Source of the DNA: Mobula hypostoma
Taxonomy: Eukaryota
DNA: 64,000 bases
Assembly: GCF_963921235.1 (NCBI RefSeq)
Contig: NC_086097.1
Location: forward strand, 114,516,001-114,580,000
Direction of reading: 5' to 3'
The translations under genes and the position numbers were made by a program. The number at the start of each line of letters is the position of its first letter. The first letter of the stretch is position 1. This document shows, piece after piece, positions 36,778 through 49,779 of this stretch. Below the pieces are notes generated by a model. The model saw only the letters and a list, made by a program, of their open reading frames with translations, made no database searches and was not told the DNA's origin.

Positions 36778-37035
36778 CACTCAGTGGCCACTTTATCAGG
36801 TGCACCTGTGCACCTGCTCAGTAATGCAAGTATCTAATCAGCCAATCATGTGGCAGCAACTCAATGCATAAAAACATGCAGACATGGTCAACTGGCTCAG
36901 TTGGTGTTCAGGATCAAATTGATTCTACTATTTCGTCCTTTATTTGGAATAATAAAAAACCAAGAGTTAATAAGTGTCATTTACAAAAATCCAAGTGATT
37001 TTGACTGTGGAATAGTTGTTGTTACCAGACATGCA
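36778..37035. mobile_element. Partial Tc1-derived MITE carrying a short L1-like insert (~36911-36996)
   Basis: cactcagtggccacttt start; the insert reads DQIDSTISSFIWNNKKPRVNKCHLQKSK, like L1/Tx1 ORF2. Confidence 0.7.
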
Positions 37036-37039
37036 ACAA

Positions 37040-37420
37040 AAATCATTCAACAGTTATAAAGAATAAGGAATTATATAAAATATAAAGTGAGAGTTGAACT
37101 ATGGATATGGAATAAAATTTGCATAAATACATAAATACCAGCATATATTTACAATGGAAGCAGCATTATAAAAAGTGGTTTTAAGTGTCTACAGTGCAGA
37201 GATGGGGTAATGGACAGGGCTTACTAAAAGATGGTTGATCAGATTAATATTGACTCTTTATTCCTTTCCACAGATGCTGCCTGACCAGCTGAGTACTTCC
37301 AGCATTTAGTACGTGTTACTCTGGATTTGCTGCCCAGGAGAAGGAATGTTTAAGGCGTGAAGATTTTGTTTTAATAGCCCTACAGTGCTCTCCAGAAGGA
37401 AGCTTTTGGATATAGCAGTT
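37040..37420 (-). mobile_element. Rex1-like 3' fragment interrupted by a Penelope-like repeat piece (~37250-37330)
   Basis: ttctggagagcactgtagggctattaaaacaaaa resembles the SG.RYR.IK.KT motif; insert gatgctgcctgaccagctgag. Confidence 0.55.
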
Positions 37421-38018
37421 TCATTAACACTTAACCACAGAAATCAAAGCAACATCCCCTTCCTGAGATGCACTGGGTCAGATGAGGACTACCAAGAGCT
37501 TACTCCAGCCGCAGCACCATTCGCACTCCTTTGTATTCGACCCATTTAAGGTAAAGGCCAACATTCCATTATCTTCTAAAATTATTTATTGTATCTGTCT
37601 ACCAGCTTTTAGTGATTTATGTACTTGACGGCTAAAGTTTCTGCTCATCTGCAGTTCCTAGCTTCATGCTATTAAAAAGAATTGTTCGATTTATCTCTCG
37701 TAGGTCAAAAGTGGATGATCTCAGAGTTTTTTACATTGCACTCCATCTGCCATATTATTTCCCAGTCATCTATCAATGTCCTTTTACAACCTTGTGCTCT
37801 TGCTACACTATTTACTGGACCACCTAATTTAATATCATCACCAAACCTAGATAAAGGTCTCTGTCTGTAAACATACTGAGCTTCCAGTATAGATTCTTAG
37901 TACATACCGAATACCTTGAGTGCAAACGTATTGTTCCTTCTATTTGTCCCTAACCTCCACCCAATCCCCTGTGTGAGCATGGTAGCATAGTGATTAGCAC
38001 AGTGCTTTACAGTGCCAG

Positions 38019-38607
38019 TGTAATGTGCTGTAAGGCTTTACTGCTAATGTAATGGCCTCTCTGTAAGGTTTCACTGCTAATATAATGATTTCCCTGTAGC
38101 AGCAATGTTTGGGTTATGACGAGAGATAACGGGGGCTTTGGAATGTATGCTAGCCAATGAGCGGGATGTTGTTCTTTCCTGTGGGTCTGGGAGCAGGGAT
38201 TTTGCGGTCTTTTGCTGGGGAGGGATGAGGGGAGTAGACGTGAACGGAGAGAGTTGGTAGACCGCCAGACGAAGTGGACTTGGAGCTGGGATCCGAGGGT
38301 CGGCTACGCTCGGTGGAGGTCGACGGGGAGCAAATGAGTGGAACCGTGAGCTCCAATGTTGCACATTAGACCATTCTTGAGAATGGGCCCTTTTCTTATT
38401 TTGTTTCCTTACTAACCATATAGTCAAATTAAGAATTATAAAGCTCAATCGTTTAATCGTGTATTGTGTACTGTTCGTTATTTCGTGGTACTGATTTGTA
38501 ACAGAGGACACATCACACAGCATCCACCCGAACAAGATTTCTTAAATTTGGCTGGGTTGAGGGCTGTCTTCCCCTACATTAAGCGGCTAGCCTAATCGAG
38601 AGTTACA
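38019..38607. mobile_element. Solo LTR inserted in a SINE (SINE ~37975-38018 and 38608-38850)
   Basis: TGTAA...TTACA ends; 4-bp TSD CCAG; internal ~27-nt direct repeat near the left end. Confidence 0.85.
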
Positions 38608-38849
38608 CCAGCTGTAAGATTGGGGCTCAGTTTCCGCCACTGTCTGTAAGAAGTTTGTACTTTATCCCCGTGACTGCATGGGGTGCCTCTGAGCACTCAG
38701 ATTTCCTCCCAAAGGAGTACATTTAGGGTTAGTAAGTTGTGGACATTCTATGTTGGCACTGGAAGTGTGGTGACATTTTGGGGCTGCCACTAACTCAATC
38801 CTTGCTGATTTCATCTGATGCAAATGATGCTTTTCACCGTATGTTTCTA

Positions 38850-41800
38850 TAAGACCACGGGAGAAGAATTAGGCCATTTGACCCATAGAGCCTCCTCCAC
38901 CATTTCATCATAGCAGATCCATTTTCCCTCTCAGTCCCAATCCGCTCCCTTCTTCCCCTATCCCTCTTGCCCTAACTAATCAATCTCTGCCTTAAATATA
39001 CCTGATCGCTTGGCCTCCACAAAAATTCTACAGATTCCCTACTCTAGCTAAAGAAATTCCTTCTCACCTCCGTTCTAAAAGAATGCCTCTCTATTCTGAG
39101 GCTGTGTCCTGTGATCTTAAGACTCCCCTCTCCTAGGAAACATCCTCTTCACATCCACTCTATCAAGGTCTTTCAACAGTCAATAGGTTTCAATAATGTC
39201 ACCCTTCATTCTTGAATTCCAGTGAGTGGAGGCCCAGAGGCATTAAACACTCTTCATATGACAAGCCTTTCAATGCCAGAATCATTTTCATTAACCTCCT
39301 TTGAACCCCCTCCAATATCAACAGATCCTTTCTTAGATAATGGGTCCAAAACCACTCGTAGTACTCCAGGTGAGGCCTCACCAGTGCCTTATAAAGCCTT
39401 AACATTACATCCTTGCCTTTATATTCTAGCCCTCTCAAAATGAATGCTAACATCGCATTTGCCTTCCTTACCACTGACTCAGTCTGCAAATTAACTTTTA
39501 AGGAATCCTACATGAGGACTCCCAAGTCCCTTCGCACACAGTTTTTTGAATTTTCTCTCCATTTATAAAATAGTCTACAGTTTTATTTCTTCTGCCAAAG
39601 TCCATGACTCTATATTCCATCTGCCACTTCTCTGTCTAGCCTCCTAATCTGTCTAAGTCCTTCTGTAGCCTCTTTACTTCTTCAAAACTACCTGACCCTC
39701 CACCTATCTTTATATTGTCCTCAAACTTGGCCACAAAGCCATGAATTCTGTCATCCAAATATAACGTACAGCGTAAAAATATGGGTCTCAATACAGGCCC
39801 CCTGTGGAACACCACTAGTCACTGGCAGCTAACCGGAAAAGGCTCCCTTTATTCTCCTGCCAATCAGCCAATGATTTGTCGATACTGGTATTTTCCCTGT
39901 AATACCATGGGCTCTTAACTTGTTGAGCAGCCTCATGTGTGGCATCTTGAAAGTCTCAAGCATACAACATGAACTCAAGAAATACAGCTACGATCTGTGC
40001 AAGGTCATCAAGGCAGCAAAACAACAATACATACAAGATTCAGACTCAACTTTCTACCAACAACACTTGCAGCTTATGGCAAGGTCTGCACACCATCGCA
40101 GAATTCAAAGTTAAGCGCAGTGGAGTTTCCAACTTTGCTGCTTCTCTCCCAGAGGAGCTAAATCTTTTTTACGCTCAATTCAATGTTGCCAACACTGAGC
40201 CCCTGAGGAGACCTGCAGATGATGAAACCAGCAGCTTGGTCATCTCTGAGGCCAAAGTACGCAGGTGCTTCCAACGGGAGGACAGTCGCAGGCTGTGGGA
40301 CCAGACGGCAGGGCGAGTACTCAGGATGTGCGTGGCACAACTGGCTGGCATATTTACAGACATTTTGAATCTCTCCTTCTCCCAGTGTAGAGTGTTCTCC
40401 TGCTTCAAAACAACCACCATTGTTCCTGTACCTAAAAAGACCAAGGTAACATGTCTGAAAGACTGGCGTCCTGTCGCACTCACCTCAATAATAAGAAAAT
40501 ACTTCGAGAGGCTGGTAAAGGACTGCATCTGCAGCATGCTACCACCCACACTGGACCCCCTACAATTTGCCTACCGACACAACCGATGGACAGATGACAC
40601 AATAGACACAGCTCTACTCCCCATCTTTACACATCTGGAGAAGAATGATACTTATGTGAGAATGATGTTCTTGGACTACTGTTCAGTATTCAACACCATA
40701 ATTCCCTTCAGGCTCGACAAGAAGCTCAGAGACCTCAGCCTTCACCCTGCCTTGCGCAGCTGCATCCTGGACTTCCTGTCAGATCGCCGGCAGGTGGTAA
40801 GAGTGGGCTCCCTCACCTCTGCTTCTCTGACCCTCAACACAGGTGTCCCTCAGGGCTGTGTACTATGTCCCCTCCTTTACTCTCTGTATACCCATGACAG
40901 TGTAGCCACCCAGAGCTCCAATCTGCTAATTAAATTTGCTGACAACACTACACTGATTGGCCTAATATCAAATAATAATGAGGCAGCCTACAGAGAAGAA
41001 GTCATCACCCTGACACGGTAGTGTCAAGAAAACGAACTCTCCCTCAATGTCAGAAAAACAAAGGAGCTAGTTGGGGATTACAGGAGGAATGGAGACAGGC
41101 TAACCCCATATACATCAATGGATCTGGGGTTGAGAGGGTGACCAGCTTTAAGTTTCTCGGCATAAACATCATCGAGAATCTCACATGGTCTGTACATATC
41201 AGCTGTGTGGTGAAAAAGGCACCTCTTTCACCTCAGACGGTTGAAGAAGTTTGGTGTGGCCCCCAGATTCGAAAATCTTTCTATAGGGGCATGAGTGAGA
41301 GCATCTTGACTGGCTGCATCACTCCCTGGTATGGGAACTGTACATCCCTCGATCACAGTACTCCTCAGAGGATGGTGCGGAGAGCCCAGTGCATCTATAG
41401 ATGTGAACTTCCCACTATTCAGGATATTTACATAGACAGATGTGTGAAAAGGGCCCGAAGGATCATTGGAGACCTGAGTCACCTCAACCACAAACTGTTT
41501 CAGCCGCCTCCATCTGGGAAACGGTACCGCAGCATAAAAGCCAGGACCAACAGGCTCCGGGACAGTTTCTTCCACCAGGCCATCAGACTTGTTAATTCAT
41601 GCAGATACAATCGTATTTCTATGCTATATTGACTATCCTGTTGCACATAATATTTGTTATAAATTACTATAATTGTACATTGCACATTTAGACAGAGATG
41701 TAATGTAAAGATTTTTACTCCTCATGTATATGAAGGATGTAAGTAATAAAGTCAATTCAATTGAACAATCAATTCACTGATTCTCCTTTGTCGACCCTGC

Positions 41801-42180
41801 TTGTTATTTCTTCAAAGAATTCCAACAGGTTTGTCAGGCAAGATTTTCCCCTAAGGTAACCATGCTGTTTATGGCCTGTTTAATCATGTGCCTCCAAGTA
41901 CCCCAAAACCACATCCTTAACAATCAACTGCAAGATCTTCGCAAGCACTGAAGTCAGACTAACTGGCCTATAATTTCCTTTCTTCTGCCTCTCTCCCTTC
42001 TTGAAGACTGGAGTGACATTTGGAATTTTCCAGTCTTCAGGAACCATGCCAGAATCAATTGATTCTTGAATGATCATTACCAAAGCCTCCACAATCCTTT
42101 CAGCCACATCTTTCAGAACCCTGGAGTGTACACCATCTGTTCCAGGTGACTTATCTGCCCTCAGACGTTTCAGTTTGACA
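38850..42180 (-). mobile_element. CR1 ORF2 3' half (38850-39945 and 41765-42180) split by a Rex1 insertion
   Basis: LYKALVRPHLEY and KSPGTDG...GNYRPVSLTS peptides are collinear across the insertion. Confidence 0.9.
39950..41765 (+). mobile_element. Rex1/Babar LINE, 5'-truncated, degenerate RT
   Basis: DWRPVALTS, LDPLQFAY, GVPQGCVL, FADNT, ESILTGCITPWYG, PSGKRYRS; aataaagtcaattcaatt tail. Confidence 0.95.
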
Positions 42181-43443
42181 TACATGTGCCAAATAAAGCT
42201 ACTCTCTAATAAGTTCCTTCCTGATTACTTCTCCATTGCAAAAAAGGGGCCAGGTTGTCCTGCATTTACTCTTGCTTCCTTGAGGTTAAAAGAAAATTTT
42301 TAAAAACTGCCCAGCCTAGGAACTTGAAATAAATAGAATATGCTGGAAACACTCAGCAGGCCAAGCAGCAGTGACAACAAGAAAAACAGTTAATATTTCA
42401 GGAAACGGATCCTTCATTGGAACTATGTAGCAAAGAAAAACAAGTTAGTCTACAAAAAAAGAAAAGATGGGGGGAGAAATTCCTTCATCGCCTTCTCTGC
42501 TACTGAGAAACAACTTGTCTGCTTCCTTCCCAGTTCTGACAAAGGCTCCGTGAATTGAAACATTATCTATTTTGAACCCTATCAGATCGATTGTGGTAAA
42601 TGATTCGACCTCCAGTGCCGTTGTGAGTTTGCAGCTCCCGCACTGTAAGTTGTCCAGCATGTACAGTGGCTGAGATGCCTCGGTAAAAACGTTTCACCCT
42701 ACTACTTCATTGCTGTTTTTGCTCCAGGCGTATGTAACATACTTTCTCTTTCCACTGATGCTACCTGGGCTTCTGGCATTGTCTGTTTTTATCCCTGTGG
42801 TTAATATAAGGTTATATACATTATGTCCGACAGTTTAGTTAACTGTTGTGTGAAATTAACCCAAGATGTCCAGTCCGCTTCTCCACAGGTTTCTGCCACC
42901 TGGAGTGATCCAACAGAAGGAGGGCACACCATGATTCGTGGTGATCGGGTCCTGATTAAGAAAAGTAATTTTATGTTACACCTTGGCCATCACGTGACTT
43001 CAGTCCTTGCTCAGTTCTTTTTCAGTTTACCCTTTAATAAGCATTTAATTCACAGCACTACTTATGTACACAGTAACATCTCCAGCTGCAATGTTGACGT
43101 TGTAAAGCATTGTGCTAACCTTATCGTTGATGGGTTCATTACTGCTGAAGCCGTGGAGTTCCTCTGGCAGTTTACATTTTTTTGCTCCAAACTTCACCAT
43201 CTGTAGTCTTTTACATGCTTACAATTCGTCCTGAAACCTTTGATCCTTTGGAACATAATATCACCCTAGAACCAACTCTCTGAGGATTTGATGATGGATT
43301 CAAGGCCCAGTTGAACAGCTTAATATGTAAAATAGGCTTACAATAGAAGATAAGAGATCAAATCGGCTTTGTCTGTCACATATACATTGAAGCACACAGT
43401 GAAATGTATTTTTTGTGCCAATCAGAGGATGTGCTGTCTGACC

Positions 43444-43766
43444 TGTCATGAGCCCTGCAGGCCAGTGCACCTGGATTTGTTAATTGCTGACTTATCTAGC
43501 GTTGTTAAGCCCTTGTGCTGTCTGTTTAACCTTGTCAAGTTTATTGTGACTGGATCGGGTTTTCCGCGTACTGTGATTATTTAAAGTGGGTTCCCAATTA
43601 GCAGGGTCCTTGTGTTTCAAGAATGATTGGTCTTGTTCTATCGCTTGGTCAAGGCACCCATGTTCAGTTGGAATTCCTATGAATAAACTCCTGTCTCTGT
43701 CTCAATATGGGGGTCTGTCGTTCCTCTGCATCTGGAGTCAGTAGTTTTTCAGCGTACACCGTGACA
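43444..43766 (+). mobile_element. LTR-like insertion splitting a minus-strand SINE (~43340-43436 and 43767-43997)
   Basis: TGTCA...TGACA ends with internal TATTTAA and AATAAA; no clear TSD. Confidence 0.6.
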
Positions 43767-44016
43767 GGAGGCAGCCCCCAAATGTTGCTGGGCTTCCAGC
43801 TCCAACATAGCATGCCAACAACTTTCTAAGCCTTACCTGTACATCTTTGGAGTGTGGGAGGAAACCAGAGCAATGGGCGGAATCCATGGGGAAAACGTAC
43901 AATCTCCTTCCAGACAGCGGCGGAAATTGAACCCTGATTGATTTTACAGCTGGCACTGTAAAGCACTGTGCTGACCACTATGCTACCGTGGTGCCGTAAG
44001 GTGATAGATTGCCAGT

Positions 44017-44058
44017 ATCCCTGGGTGGGCTTGAACCATCAACCTTTGGTAAACAGCC
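44017..44058 (-). pseudogene. tRNA-Asn(GTT)-derived fragment (anticodon arm to 3' acceptor strand)
   Basis: Minus strand ggctgtttaccaaaggttgatggttcaagcccacccagggat versus vertebrate tRNA-Asn ggctgttaaccgaaaggttggtggttcgagcccacccagggac; the 5' half is absent. Confidence 0.8.
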
Positions 44059-44197
44059 TTACTGATGAATGATAAATGTGGTAGTGAGGGAACGCCTCCT
44101 CATTGAAGCTTTATCTTTTTGTTTTGTCTGGGTCCTATACACTGCACTATTGATGTTTTCACTTTTGTGCAGAACTTAAAATATGATCAAAGCAGCA

Positions 44198-44295
44198 CTC
44201 ACAAAATGCTGGAGGAACTCAGCAGGCCAGGCAGCATCTATGGAGAGGAGTGAATGATCGATGCTTTTGGGCTGAGACCCTTCATTGAGACTGCT
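44198..44295 (-). mobile_element. Penelope-like repeat fragment with decayed hammerhead core
   Basis: acaaaatgctggaggaactcagcaggccaggcagcatctatgga...gggctgagacccttcatt. Confidence 0.75.
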
Positions 44296-44621
44296 TTCTC
44301 AAGCAATTATACAAGAACTAATGGCCTTATTATAGCCAAGAAATAATGCTGCCCTAGTGAACACTTATCCTTCTACAAACTAAATTAAATTTGATATTCA
44401 TTAATATAATTGTAGTTTGAGGCATCTTGCTACACTCACTTGTTGTAAACTACTCAGGTCATGGACAGATCTCTATAACAAGTTCTTTTTACCAGTGATT
44501 CACATTAACTGAGATGAAAGCAGATTAAAGTATTGTACCTAATTAACACTTTGTAATGCTGTACCTTGCTAACAAATGGTTTATAAGAATATTACACTGC
44601 TGTGTTGTGCGAGTTGCCATA

Positions 44622-44900
44622 GGATGCCACGGTAGCATAGCAGGCAGAGAGACGCTATTACAGCCTGGGGCACTCCAGAGTTCGGAGTTCAATTCTGGCA
44701 CCGGCTGTAAGGAGCCTGTACGTCCTCCCCGTGAACCGTGTGGGATTCCTCCAGGAACTCTGGCTTCCTCCCACAGTCCGAAGACCTACTGGTTGGGCGG
44801 TTATTTGGTCATTGTAGATTGTCCTGTCATTAGGCAGGTGTTAACTAGGTGAGTTGCTCGGAGTTGCAACTCACTCGTATCTCTAAATAAATAAATAAAT
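44622..44900 (+). mobile_element. V-SINE-like tRNA-derived SINE
   Basis: ggtagcatagc A-box-like, gagttcaattc B-box-like, family body and (aaat)n tail. Confidence 0.7.
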
Positions 44901-45235
44901 TCAAAATTTCTCTTTACTTAAGCTTTCATCAGATTACAATATAGGTCAGATATATGTTTTATATAACCTCAAACTACAAAAATACATGACAATCTAATTT
45001 AAATTAATTAGTTGATGGTAATATAGTAAGTAAAGACCAACTTGCATGCAGCAGGCTTTCAGAAAAGCAACGTGATGACTTTTTCTGACATAGAGTCTAA
45101 TGTATACAAACGTATTTTAACCAGAGCACAGGGCCACGTTGGAAATAATGCCCGAGGATCTTTTGAATTAGGGTAAGTGATTTGAGTTTAATACCTCATC
45201 TAAAAGGTAGTACTCTGTAATACTACATTATGTTT

Positions 45236-45903
45236 GGAGGAGAGACGGCGGCACGACACAGCGCGCACAGCCGCTCTGAATGATATCTGTATTTGTTAAG
45301 TAGGGTACTGTGCACAATCCTGATTTGATGCAGACAGATGTGAGAAGCACGGAGGAACATCTGGAAAAACTTCTGAAATGCCCACTTCACTGCTGCTGCT
45401 ACTGTGCAATCGAGAATCTCCGGAGGGGAAGGCCCCAAATCCTTGGGTTTGCCTATTGTTTGGCGGCTGGGGCCGAGGTCGAAGTGCTCGACAGAGATGG
45501 TGCTCAGTGTCGGAGCGCTGGTCGGAGGCTCGAAGTTTTCGGACTCAAGAGTCGGCTGTGGTCAGGTGCTTCCAGGGTGCTGCATCGGCAAGTTTGCGGC
45601 GCTGGAGGTTCATGGCAGGGAGAGTTTTTCTTCCTTCTACCATCTGTGTGAGATGATGGGACTTTCGAGAGACTTTGAGACATTTTTTTACCGTGGCCAT
45701 GGTCTGTTCTTTATCAAATTACGGTATTGCTTTGCACTGTTGTAACTATATGTTATAATTATGTGGTTTTTGTCAGTTTTTCAGTCTTGGTCTGTCTTGT
45801 GTTTCTGTTATATCATAATGGAGGAACATTGTATCATTTCTTAATGCATGCATTACTAAATGACAATAAAAGAGGACTGCCTGTCCTCATAATCTGATCT
45901 AAT
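45236..45903 (+). mobile_element. Non-coding CpG-rich retroposon (unclassified)
   Basis: GC-rich 5' part contrasting with AT-rich flanks, AT-rich 3' part, aataaa and a taatct repeat tail. Confidence 0.55.
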
Positions 45904-45949
45904 ATGAATATTGGCTTAGCTTAGGTCTTTGGAGCAGCTCTTAAACCCA

Positions 45950-46760
45950 TGATAGAACACAGGGCAGTACCATTCAGGAACAGGTTCTTCAGCTCATGAC
46001 ATGCTGAACTAATTAAACTAGCAATGAAATGTCCAGCAAATCCCTTCTGCCTACATAATGTTTGTATTCTGGCAGAGTATTACAGGCACCCTGTAGAAAA
46101 CAAACCACGTTTGTCCAACTTCTTCTTGTAGCACATGTCCTCTAATTCAGGCAGTGTCCTGGTAAACTTCTCCAAAGCCTTGGCATCCTTTCTATAATGG
46201 GGAAATCAGAACTGAGTACAGAACTCCAAGTGGCACCTAACAAGAGCTGTATAAAGCTTAAACGTAACATTACAACCCTTGAACTCAGTGCCTCGTATGC
46301 CATGCTCCTTCCTTCCTGCCCTATCAATATGTGCCAACACCTACAGGAAGCTTTGGACTAGGACCCCGAGATCCTCTCTACATCAGCACTGTGAAGGGTC
46401 TTGCCATTTTCAGTGTACTATCCCTTTACATTTGATCTCCCAAAGTGCAATACTTCACATTTGGCCAGGTTAAATTCTATCTGCCATTTTTCCACCCATA
46501 TCGGCAACTGATCTATATTCAGTTGCATCTTTTGGCAATCTTGTGCACTACCTACAACACCACAAACCTTTGCACCAACTGCGAACCTACTAACCAAACA
46601 TCTACATTAATCACAAACAGCAGAGGAATCCCTGTGGGGCACCACTAGTCAGGGACCTCCAGTTAGAATAAGTCCTGTCAACCACTTCTATGGGCAAGCC
46701 AATGCTGAATCCGAACATCCAAGTCGCCATGGATCCCAAACTCTTAATCTTCCAGATGAG
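45950..46760 (-). mobile_element. Old CR1 fragment
   Basis: Degenerate ORF2 3' region. Confidence 0.7.
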
Positions 46761-47519
46761 AAGACTCCAGCTCAAATGTCTAGTTCATCTCCAGTCATTA
46801 GGGTCAATTGTGAGACATAGAGTGCAATGCACTGATGCATTTGACTCAAATGTACATCAATAGAAAGAATTTTGTTTGGACAAATGTCTAAGAAAAGGGG
46901 CAATTGAGGCACAGATGACACAGCTAAAGTTCATAAATAAATCTGTTGCAAGATAGTCATTTCCTCTCTCCAGTTATTTTATCAAGAAGGATATAGATTA
47001 AGGTGCTTCACTTTATCCACGATCCACTTCTATGAGATATTGTGCCTCAATTCTTCCAGCATGCACCATGAAAACTCCTGAAACAGTTCAAAGACTCTAT
47101 TCTACATTCTCAGGACAGGTATTTATATGGTTTGTGTATCGGTGGCATCCTTCTCTCCTCAAGGTCAGTCAGTCTTTGAAGGGGGCTCAGGCTTTAATAA
47201 GTCTAGAGGTCTATTTCTTATTACTTAAACTTCGGTGATCTACTGAGATCAATAGGCAAGAGTTTTTAAAACTTCATTTTGACTTATTTCTTGGTTTTTT
47301 AACCAAAAACATAATAATTCCATTAGTATTTGCTATGGAGCAACAAAATGCAATTTGCATTGCCAGCAGACCACAACTCGCTGGTAAAATTCTGCTATTA
47401 AATGCGATTGCAGGAAGTGCCAAGATTGGCTGATTCACCTCAGGGAGGATGGGAAAGAGTAAGAGGTTGAAAAAGGATATGAACTCCTACAGGCTTGTGT
47501 TGGTAGAGGCTTCAAAGTA

Positions 47520-48068
47520 CATTCAGTGGCCACTTTGTTAGGTATAACCTACTCCTTTAATGTTAATATCTATAATCAGCTAATCTTGTGACAGCGACTC
47601 ATTGTATAATAGCATGGAGACATGGTCAAGAGATTCAGTCGTTCTTCAGACCAATCATCAGAATGGGCAAGAAATGTGATCCATGTGACTTTGGCTGTGG
47701 AACAATTGTTGGTGCCAGATGGAGTGATTTGAGTATCTCAAAAACTGCTGATCTTCTGGGATTTTCACACACAACAGTCTCGAGAGTTTACAGAGAATGG
47801 TGCAAAAAACAAACAAAAAAGATCCAGTGAACAGCAGTTCTGTTAATGAAAGAGGTCAGAGGAGAATGTCTGGACTGGTTCAAACTGACAGGAAGGCAAC
47901 AATAACTCAAATACCCACACATTACAACAGTGGTGTCCAGAAGAACATCGCTGAACACACAACACGTCGAACCTTAAAGTGTGAGATACAGTAGCGGAAG
48001 ACCACAAACATACACTCAGTGTTATTTTATTAAGCACAGGAGGTATCTAATAAAGTGGCCACAGTGTG
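47520..48068. mobile_element. Tc1-derived MITE (opposite orientation to the 4644 copy)
   Basis: TA-cattcagtggccacttt...aaagtggccacagtgtg-TA. Confidence 0.85.
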
Positions 48069-48402
48069 TAGATTGGTTGTATTCAGCTGAGCGAACAGTG
48101 CAAGTCGCGGACAGCTGAAGCAAAAAAGTAGAACACAATTTAGTGCAACAGTCACAAAATACTTTATTTATAAAGTTACTTCATTTTACATACATGATTC
48201 GATTTGCTTTGCTCAAAAGGGCCAACAATTGGTCCCTTAAAATAAAAAGAATACATTAATTAACAGACTGTCTATATACCAAACGTTTACAGTAATTATG
48301 TTTCAGATTCTGAATCTGACCTTCTCACAAATAAATTGCATTGACAGTCTCTGAGAAAAGATTAATTATCCAAATTATTTCTTATTCACAGGCTTTCTTT
48401 AA

Positions 48403-48408
48403 TTTATT
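48403..48408 (-). terminator. Candidate TIMM21 polyadenylation signal AATAAA (second candidate at 48163-48168)
   Basis: tttatt on the plus strand ~60 nt and ~300 nt downstream of the TIMM21 stop codon. Confidence 0.5.
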
Positions 48409-48468
48409 AAAGCATGAAAGGATCTCCGGCTTTCTCCCAGCATATCAAAAAATACACATTCATGACGT

Positions 48469-48561
48469 TCAGCGGTTGTCTTCAACAATAATGGTTCTTT
48501 TGGGATAGGTGTCAAAGTCCACAAATATGTAACGAAAGTCATACTTTCCACTTTCTGGGTT
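48469..48561 (-). CDS. timm21: TIMM21 last coding exon, 93 nt including TGA
   Basis: ctctttatttcag|AAC CCA GAA...AAC CGC TGA = NPESGKYDFRYIFVDFDTYPKRTIIVEDNR*, matching the Tim21 C-terminus (NP.SG.YDFRYIFV....YP.RTII.EDNR). Upstream exons were not found in the window and presumably lie beyond 64000. Confidence 0.95.
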   Translation of the reverse strand, partial: NPESGKYDFRYIFVDFDTYPKRTIIVEDNR

Positions 48562-48589
48562 CTGAAATAAAGAGCATAAGACATTTCAT

Positions 48590-49320
48590 AGAAACATAGA
48601 AACATAGAAAATAGGTGCAGGAGTAGGCCATTCGGCCCTTCGAGCCTGCACCACCATTTATTATGATCATGGCTGATCATCCAACTCAGAACCCCACCCC
48701 AGCCTTCCCTCCATACCCCCTGACCCCCGTAGCCACAAGGGCCATATCTAACTCCCTCTTAAATATAGCCAATGAACTGGCCTCAACTGTTTCCTGTGGC
48801 AGAGAATTCCACAGATTCACCACTCTCTGTGTGAAGAAGTTTTTCCGAATCTCGGTCCTAAAAGGCTTCCCCTCTATCCTCAAACTGTGGCCCCTCGTTC
48901 TGGACTTCCCCAACATCGGGAACAATCTTCCTGCATCTAGCCTGTCCAATCCCTTTAGGATTTTATACGTTTCAATCAGATCCCCCCTCAATCTTCTAAA
49001 TTCCAACAAGTACAAGCCCAGTTCATCCAGTCTTTCTTCATATGAAAGTCCTGCCATCCCAGGAATCAATCTGGTGAACCTTCTTTGTACTCCCTCTATG
49101 GAAAGGATGTCTTTCCTCAGATTAGGGGACCAAAACTGCACACAATACTCCAGGTGTGGTCTCACCAAGGCCTTGTACAACTGCAGTAGTACCTCCCTGC
49201 TCCTGTACTCGAATCCTCTTGCTATAAATGCCAGCATACCATTCGCCTTTTTCACCGCCTGCTGTACCTGCATGCCCACTTTCAATGACTGGTGTATAAT
49301 GACACCCAGGTCTCGTTGCA
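48590..49320 (-). mobile_element. Young CR1 3' fragment in the last TIMM21 intron, sense orientation
   Basis: Open ORF2 C-terminus 48686-49321; tail; apparent TSD TTCAT (48585-48589 and 49321-49325). Confidence 0.95.
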
Positions 49321-49779
49321 TTCATTATCAATGTGAATTTAGTTTTCTCTCATCCATTGTAACACGGCATGGAAAACAAATGGTCCTAAGGTGATGCTTA
49401 ATGCTTCTGGAATTGGTTACATCTTCTCTCAACAGCTAAAACAAGGTGAAAGACTCTGGGAATTTATTTTAAAAGTGGTGCATCCTGTTGGATTGGAAAC
49501 TTGATGGGCTTTTGTTCTGGCAAGATGCAGTCAGCGTTACTGCGAGTTTTGGGGGGGATGAATATGGAAACATTCTGTGGCCAAGACTCCTAAACGACTG
49601 CAGGCCTGTATGTGAAATATCAATGTTCCAGGGCATTTAATTCTAAATACATGTTTTAATTTTATGTGTGATTGGCAAAGGTGCAGATTTCAGTACTAAA
49701 TATTTTAGTGAACAAGTGAAATTTACTTTTAACAGTGGATAATGTATAAAGAACTTTTTAAAAATATTTTAATAGTGTA

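Noticed and set aside
48663..49394. 243-aa plus-strand ORF (and similar ORFs at 16432-17124, 14434-15210 and 7106-7765)
   Set aside because: Antisense shadows of CR1 ORFs with no independent evidence of coding.
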